Shown one piece after another: positions 56,604 through 64,000 of a stretch of 64,000 nucleotides of DNA. Each line of letters begins with the position of its first letter. Positions within the stretch are counted from its first letter, which is position 1. The notes under the pieces were generated by a model. It ran no database searches. It worked only from the letters and a program-made list of their open reading frames with translations, and was not told where the DNA came from. A program made the position numbers and the translations under genes. The DNA is from Octopus sinensis. Lineage: Eukaryota. The stretch covers positions 82,646,001-82,710,000 of the forward strand of contig NC_042998.1 of the NCBI RefSeq assembly GCF_006345805.1. The letters run 5' to 3'.

Positions 56604-56997
56604 CAGTAGTTTTATTTTTATAGCGTGCTTTCACTTCACTACCGAGCGCAGCTCTGTGTGCCTTGGGTATGTGCTGTGATTTGTTGCGATGCTCTGATGG
56701 TTATTGTATGGAAAGTGTTCTGCGTAGGATGTGTGCAGTGCCTAGTAGTGCAATTTTCTGTATGTTATATGTGTTTGTAAGTCCTGGTGTTTTTGTTATG
56801 TATTTGTCTGAATATTTTTTTATCATGCCTAATGCACCTACTATGATAGGAATTGTTTCTGTTTTCAGATTCCACATTCTAGTTACCTCTATTTCCAGGT
56901 CTTTGTATTTTGAGAGTTTCTCCATTTCTTTTAGAGACACGTTGTCATCTGCCGGTATTGATACATCAATTAGAAAGCATTTTTTTCTTCATGATCT

Positions 56998-57000
<3 letters not shown>
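56604..57000 (-). mobile_element. R4/Dong-type 3' fragment (different subfamily)
   Basis: CFLIDVSIPADDNVSLKEMEKLSKYKDLEIE...PIIVGALG...ALLGTAHILRRTL* plus 3'UTR; (TAA)n on both sides. Confidence 0.88.
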
Positions 57001-57059
<59 letters not shown>

Positions 57060-57274
57060 TGCAATAATACCTTATTTAATTTTATTTGTGTGTGTGAGTG
57101 GATGTTTCGTTGCTTCAGTAGTGTGGTAAGCTTCTATCGAAAGGCTTTTAAACTATCCTATATTTCTATTATCGTTCACTCACTTCTTAGCAATGCGTTT
57201 CTGCATTTCTAGATTTTACTTTAATCTTATGTTGTTTATTAGTTTTTTTACTGATAGCGTCAAATGTCGCAGGT

Positions 57275-57452
57275 TTAGCTGCGTAGTTAAGAAGTTCGCT
57301 CTGCCACCGCATAATTTCGTGTTCAGTCCCATTGCAGAGGATCTTGGAGAAATGTCTTCTATTATAACTTCAGCCCGACTAATGCCATGTGAGTGAATGT
57401 GGTAGATGGAAACTGTGTAGGAGCTCGTAGTAAATGCGTGTATGTGTTTGTT

Positions 57453-57510
<58 letters not shown>

Positions 57511-57652
57511 TTTGTTTGTGTGTGTGTGTATGTGTGTGTGTGTCTGTGTCTGTGTCTGTGTGGTTGTGTTTATGTTTCTTCACCCACCGCTTCACTGCTT
57601 GTTAACCGTTGTTGGTTTTTTTACGTCCCTGTAACTTAGCGGTTCGGCAAAG
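57275..57652 (+). mobile_element. SINE family B
   Basis: Degenerate head, (TG)n and core. Confidence 0.8.
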
Positions 57653-58203
57653 TGAGCCTGACTTAAAAAATTCAGTGCTACTTTAAAAAAAAATAATAAA
57701 TAAGTGTCACACCGAAGTACTAGGTCAATTTTTCGTTTTCTTTTACCGTTCGTGACGCTATCCCAGCGTAATTGCAATCTAAAAAACTCAAACAAGTAAC
57801 AGAATAAAAGAGAAAGCAAATATTGGACAGATTATGATGAGCATAAGCTCATCAATTTTCTCAACATTATCTGTGACATTGATTTTCTTGACTAATTGAT
57901 GATCAAAGAGCTGCAGAATACTCTATTGGATATCAATTATACGTGTACATTATCATCACCGATGATATCATCATTGAGCTAATAATCAGTATTTTTGCAT
58001 TTTGTTACTTCTTTTGAACGTGTATTTATGCTAATTGTTAGACTATTTGATGAACAAAGTGTGGAAAGAATTCAGCAATTTTATAGATACGCATACTAAT
58101 TAAACATACATTGACACACTTACACATACTCACACACAAGCACATTTAATTATATTTGTATATGTGAATGTATATGTTTTGTGTGTGTACTACATTCATT
58201 TTT

Positions 58204-58657
58204 TTATCGGTTATTCTTATTAATGAAATCGCCTGTGTCTGGATCCACCGTTAATTGTCCGATATCGCCAAGCAGGTCATAATAAAGTATAAAATGACGC
58301 GAGGCGGAATATTCTTTGAAATATAGGATCTTTTTAACTGATTTTATTTTGATTTTGATTGATTTAAATCTTATCTGAGATATAGCATGTCCAGAGATTC
58401 GTTGATGAAGGATTGTGTACATTTGGTCTATTTGCATGCTGTTGATACACCCATAAAGGGATATGAATTTATCCTGTATCGTAGATTTTTTCATAAGTTC
58501 ATTGTATTTTAGATCAGGATGTCTGATGAAGTGAATGAATAGTAATATTTTTACACGTTGCGTATTTGCATGTATTACATATCTTGATATGGAGTATGGA
58601 ATAAACAACGTTTGTTCACAGAAACGTTCGTAACATCGACTTGACTTTCTTTTTCTT
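58204..58657 (-). CDS. Unassigned stop-free frame (about 150 codons); possible exon or pseudogene
   Basis: Longest non-repetitive, non-TE open frame in the window. No motif recognised and no clear splice or start context. Confidence 0.2.
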
Positions 58658-60625
58658 CAAGTAAATTAATAATTATTCAGTTTGTGAGGTTTATATCATG
58701 TCTTCTGCATCATGACTGAGATTCGTAAAGTGTGCCTTTTTTTATTATTTATTGATGTATAACTGATCTTCCTTTGGTTATTGGAATAATACGCTAGCCA
58801 GATTCCTACACGAAGTGCCTACGAGGTGAACACATGGATTGTACTTATACCCCTAATTATTGTGTAGGGTATTCGTGCGGGTGTGCGTGTGTGTGAGTTT
58901 ATATGGGAGTATGTGTGTTTTTTGTGTGTGTGTGTGTGCACGTTAGTGAACAAACAAAAGAATAGAACAACACGTTTATTTGAAGTTGTATTTGATAAAA
59001 TGATTTTTAACTGTACATTATTTACAGTTTTGTAGATGTAACACACGTATATATATTTGGATGTATAGAGTCAGAGTGAAGAAAATTTTAAAGAAATTTA
59101 AAATAGCTTTTATGTGATAATATTTAGGCTTCCATTGGTCATTTCAATGTACACTAGTCTGCGACAAGTTTTTCATTATATTTACCACAGGGTAGAGCAC
59201 ACACTCTTGAAATAAAATTTTTATGTGAACATTTCACAGTGACAACTGTCTTCAGAATCTATAGAAGAGGGATTTTCAAGTTGTACTTCTATACCCCGGT
59301 GATTTATGGGCTTTCATTTTGATAATGTCAAAATGATATATTCTGATATTTTTCCAATGCAGTTCATGGAGGACACTTTTGTGGAATACAAATTTTCTAT
59401 TGAGCCAGTCGCTGATTCACAACATACATACATCTATATACATACATAAATACATACATACATATGTATGTATGTGTGTGTGTGCGTGTGTGTGTGTATG
59501 TATACACACACATACTGTTGTTCTGTTAGCAGAACTCTACCCAAAGGTAATTCGTCAAGTCAATTCTATTATAGTAGACACATTTCCCAAGATTCCATGC
59601 AATAGAATCTTGGAAAAGTGTCTTCTACAATAGACATCTACCCGAAGCTGAATAACTGCAAAGTGAACTTCTTCACCAACCATCCAAGTCTATACCCGAG
59701 ACAGACTAGTAAATCTCTTACATCACTGCTTCTTACAAAAAAAAATACACAATAACGTTGTGTTGACGCAGTAGACTAATTAATCATACGGACATAACTT
59801 AAGAAATAACAACCAATTTATTTTTTTACACTATTATTTCAAAAATAGAAAAAAAGTCACGACTACCATATTAGCAGCTCTCAAGTCAGTATTGTTTTGT
59901 TGACATAAACTACTTAAAGATTCACAACTCACAACCAATAATTTTCTGAATTGAAACGGGAGGGGAAAAAAATGTAAAACTGATAATAATGTAAAAAAAG
60001 ATATTAAAAAAATAATTATCACTTTTGAAGATTTGTAAACCTGACTGATAAACGGATCATAAAATCTCTTCAGTTTTATAGCTTCAATTTTAGCAGTTTC
60101 AGCTGTAAACAATTAGAAAAGACAATGAAGTGATAGCAAATATTATGTTCAAAATAGCAATTACTTTTGAAACAAGATGATCAATAATGATAACCGAGGA
60201 ACTATATATTCTAATAGTGGAACAGCAATCAAAATACACACGCACACATATGTACAGTCATATACAAACATTTACATGATAACTGGAAAAATATCTCAAA
60301 AACGTTGCAAGAGATAAGCCATAAATAGAACTAAACAATAGGATGGGTGACTTTCAGTGTTAAGTATCGGTTACATTATAATGTGTGCTTAAACAGAAAA
60401 CAGTTTTAAAACAATGCATTTCCTTTATTCATACTTTATTATTAACTGAGCGTTACTTATAAAGGCTATTAAACAAATGTTTGAACTGAAGAAATACGAA
60501 GTCATTGATCATAGATGCAAATATTATCAGTGACTTCTTTTTTTAACCAGGGGAGGGAATTGCTAAGTCAGTTAAGTGGGTTTAAGGGTTAATCTAAAAT
60601 TCAAGTTCTGAGATCTCAAACTTGA

Positions 60626-61210
60626 TATTCTTTTCTACTCTAGGCACAAGGCGCGAAATTTAGGGGGAGGGGACCAGTGAATTGGATCGACCTCAGTACG
60701 CAACTGGTATTTAATTTATTGACCCCGAAAAGATGAAAGGCAAAGTCGACCTCGGCGTAATTTGAACTCAGAACATAAAGACAGAGGAAATACCTATTTC
60801 TTTACTGCCCACAAGGGGCTACACACAGAGGGGACAAACAAGGTCAGACAAACGGATTAAGTCGATTATATCGACCCCACTGCGTAACTGGGACTTATTT
60901 AATCGACCCCGAAAAGATGAAAGGCAAAGTCGACCTCGGCGTAATTTGAACTCAGAACGTAAAGACAGAGGAAATACCTATTTCTTTACTGCCCACAAGG
61001 GGCTAAACACAGAGAGGACAAACAAGGACAGACAAACGGATTAAGTCGATTATATCGACCCCAGTGCGTAACTGGTACTTAATTAATCGACACCGAAAGG
61101 ATTAAAGGCAAAGTCGACCTCGGTGGAATTTGAACTCAGAACGTAGCGGCAGACGAAATACCGCTAAGCATTTTTCCCGGCGTGCTAACGTTTCTGCCAG
61201 CTCGCCGCCT
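60626..61210 (-). mobile_element. Trimeric SINE family A (184-bp unit)
   Basis: Core starts at 60677, 60861 and 61045. Confidence 0.92.
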
Positions 61211-61342
61211 TACAAACTTGATATTCTAAAACATTCAAGCTCTGGTATTTTGCTATTCATTTACATAATTTTCCGTCCTAAAGCCATTAAGTAAAATCTC
61301 AGCTCAGTTATTCTTCCTGTTAATATAAGAAAGAATATAATG

Positions 61343-61582
61343 CCGGCGAGCTGGCAGAATCGCTAGCACGTTGGATAAAACGTTTAACGGCATTTCGTTC
61401 GTCTTTACATCCTGAGCTCAAATTCCGCTGTAGTCGACTTTGCTTTTCACTCTTTTGGGGTCGATGAAATAAGTATCAGCTGACTATTGATGTCGATGAA
61501 GTAAGTACCAGCTGAATATTGGGGGTCGATGCATTCGACGTTTCTTCTCCCCACAAATTTCAGGTATTGTGCCTAAAGTAGA
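61343..61582 (+). mobile_element. SINE family A
   Basis: ggcgagctggcagaatcg head, core and tail. Confidence 0.85.
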
Positions 61583-61611
61583 AATGCGTATTAGAGAGGA
61601 TATAAACCGGG

Positions 61612-61742
61612 GAGCTGGTAGAATTATGACTGCGGCCATGCTGGAGCACCGTCTTTGGTCGAACAAATGGACTTATTCTATCGGTCTCTTTTGCCAAACC
61701 ACTAAGTTACGGGGACGTAAACACACCAACATACAAACACAT
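61612..61742 (-). mobile_element. SINE family B, 3' half
   Basis: gcggccatgctggagcacc...gttacggggacgtaaacacacc. Confidence 0.85.
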
Positions 61743-61762
61743 ACACACGCTCGCATATATAT

Positions 61763-61798
<36 letters not shown>

Positions 61799-63088
61799 CG
61801 AGGGACGTTCAATAAGTAATGCCTCTGACTCACTTGCAGTTGTTTGATCTAGCTGAAAGTTTGCATGTGCAATCATGTATATCTCTATAGAGTAAGTGGC
61901 AAATTACAGCTCTGAATTAATTGTGGTTTCTGATTTACAGGTGTTTGAACCGAGTCAAGTGTGAAATGGAGCCTGTTGAGTGTCGAGCAGTGATCCGGTT
62001 TTTGTATTTGAAAGGACGCACACCACGGGAGACTTTTGATGAAATGAAAGTAACTTATGGTGATGATGCCCCATCATATGACCTTGTAAAACGCTGGCAT
62101 CGTGAATTCAAACATGGTCGGAACTCTGTGGAAACAGCTCCCAGATCTGGTCGCCCCTTTCTGCCATTGATGAGGCATCTGTCCGTCAAGTTCAGGCTGC
62201 CATTTTGGAAGATCGACGCATAATTATTCGCCAAATAGCCCATGAGGTCAAGATTAGTACCGGGTCAGTGGAAACTATCATTCATGACCATTTGCATATG
62301 CAAAAGGTGTCTGCCAGATGGATTCCCAGGTTGCTCACGCCTTTCCAGAAGCAAGAACGCGTCGAGTGCTCGAGGGGTAATTTGGAGATGTGCCAAGAAG
62401 ATGAGTCAAAATTTTTCAAAAGACTGATTACACAGGATGAAACCCGGGTCCATCATGATGATCCAGAGACCAAAGCCCAGTCAATGCAGTGGAAGCACCG
62501 TGACTCACCTCCTCCAAAGAAGGCAAGGGTGCAGCCCTCCGCTGGCAAGGTCATGCTCACAGTCTTCTGGGACCAGGACGGAGTAGTGATAACAGATTTC
62601 CTGGCAAAGGGTACCACAATTGCAGGAGCCTATTATGCTTCACTTTTGAGGAAATTAAGAGAAGTTATCAAAATCAAGAGGCGGGGCAAGATCAGCAAAG
62701 GCATCCTCCTCCTGCAGGACAACGATCCGGTCCACAACTCGCTTGTCGCCAGATCAGAAGCACAGGCGTATGGCTATGAACTCCTCCCCATCCCCCTACT
62801 TTCCTGACCTTGCACCCTCTGATTTTCACCTCTTCCCAATCATGAAGTTGTTTTTGAAAGGAAAGCGTTTCCCAGATGATGCAGCCTTGATTTCTGAAGT
62901 CACGTTGAGGTTGGAGGACCAAGCTGGGTTCTTCTACAAAAACGGTCTCCAGAGCCGCATCAAACGATGGGAGAAATGCGTAACTCTGGGTGGTTCCTAT
63001 GTAGAAAAAGACTAATAACTGTGCCAAGTTTCGTTGCTCTACTGCTATGGGAAGTGGGTCAGGGGCATTACTTATTGAACGCCCCTCG
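61799..63088 (+). mobile_element. Full-length mariner (1290 bp) with TA target-site duplication
   Basis: TIRs cgaggg(a/g)cgttcaataagtaatgcc, TA on both flanks, inserted in (TA)n. Confidence 0.96.
61966..63015 (+). pseudogene. Mariner transposase DD34D, two frameshifts
   Basis: MEPVECRAVIRFL...RSGRP, WIPRLL, TQDET, LQDN and PDLAPSDF (34 residues between D and D after frame repair). Confidence 0.93.
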
Positions 63089-63091
63089 TAT

Positions 63092-63162
<71 letters not shown>

Positions 63163-63267
63163 GTCAATAATAATAAGGGTAAAATTAATTAATTAGTAAT
63201 TAATAATTTTACCAAGCAGTGTCCAATATGTAAAAGGACCATTTACGGTATATTTAAAACATTACTT

Positions 63268-63464
63268 TATATAATTAGGGTTCAGCAAAAAAATTTGCTT
63301 TACCACACACCGAACTTTTAGAAATAGCAGCCAACGAATTTAGCTATTTCCTCTACTATAAGAAGAGTATACATTGTCTGGGAGACTGCTAAATTCTTTG
63401 GCTGCTATTTCTAAAAGTTCGGTGTGTGGTAAAGTAATTTTTTTTGCTGAACCCTAATTATATA
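63268..63464. repeat. Foldback with about 77-bp arms
   Basis: 63268-63344 is the reverse complement of 63388-63464. Confidence 0.88.
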
Positions 63465-63740
63465 TATATAATATCTTAGTCAGTCAGTGGAAGGACTTCA
63501 CTACCTCATATGTTCTTAAAATTTAAATCCACATCTTTGTCTGTATATCTACCTTCTCTATAATGTTGCCACTTGATTTGAAAATTTTTGTATTAATGGA
63601 AAGCCTCTATAATTGGCTGATGAGTACTCAGCATCTTAAATCTGGTGTAATACTTACAACATTTAATAAAATGATGTAGTATGAACCGATCATACCAAAT
63701 TACCGGAGTCATTCTTGTTGCTTATTTTGATATATATATA

Positions 63741-63928
63741 TATATGCCATAATTGATAGAGTAAACAGTAAACGGTTGTCATTATCAGAACTCAGAGTTT
63801 CGAATGTCGGAGCGAATAGCCATTAATAGCCGACGAAAATGTACAGTTGCTCTTCGCTCCGACATTCGAAACTCTGAGTTCTAATAATGACAAACGTTTA
63901 CTGTTTACTCTATTAATTATAGCATATA
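63741..63928. repeat. Foldback/MITE with about 76-bp arms
   Basis: 63741-63816 is the reverse complement of 63853-63928. Confidence 0.88.
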
Positions 63929-64000
63929 AAATAATCCTCTATTTCTACAAATATTTCATTCTTTTGTTGTTATGCATATTATCATTATGTGTATGTGTAT

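Noticed and set aside
59205-59262. CTGAAGA...GAAA...ATA hammerhead-like string on the minus strand
   Set aside because: Helix II is out of register and helix I is only 2 bp; compatible with chance.
60677-61140. Regularly spaced repeats resembling a CRISPR array or satellite
   Set aside because: The units are whole SINE segments with near-identical 'spacers', in a eukaryotic context with no cas genes.

Overview
AT-rich, microsatellite-saturated animal DNA with no host gene I can call confidently. The SINE families and repeat texture match my recollection of Octopus (coleoid) genomes; this is an inference, not a search result. Most ORFs in the supplied track are read-throughs of (TA)n, (CA)n, (TACA)n or trinucleotide arrays. 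The explainable content is mobile DNA: three tRNA-derived SINE groups (about 30 copies), a 555-bp non-coding element in trinucleotide arrays, six R4/Dong-type REL-LINE fragments, two CR1/L2-type RT fragments, an ORF1-only Tx1/L1-like element, three mariners, one near-intact long-TIR Tc1, several MITE/foldback elements and a Penelope-like (PLE) RT fragment. The signal the ORF track misses is RNA structure. Reading both strands I find about a dozen type I hammerhead ribozyme (HHR) motifs from several unrelated sequence families. Most sit in AT-rich inverted/direct repeats beside (TA)n, and one family is linked by sequence to the 5' leader of the PLE RT. They include an intact-looking copy (54969-55025), one with an unusually large branched helix II (33489-33594) and a four-copy family with a non-canonical CUGUYGA core. 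HHRs in PLE termini are established biology; the density, diversity and core variant here are what merit testing.
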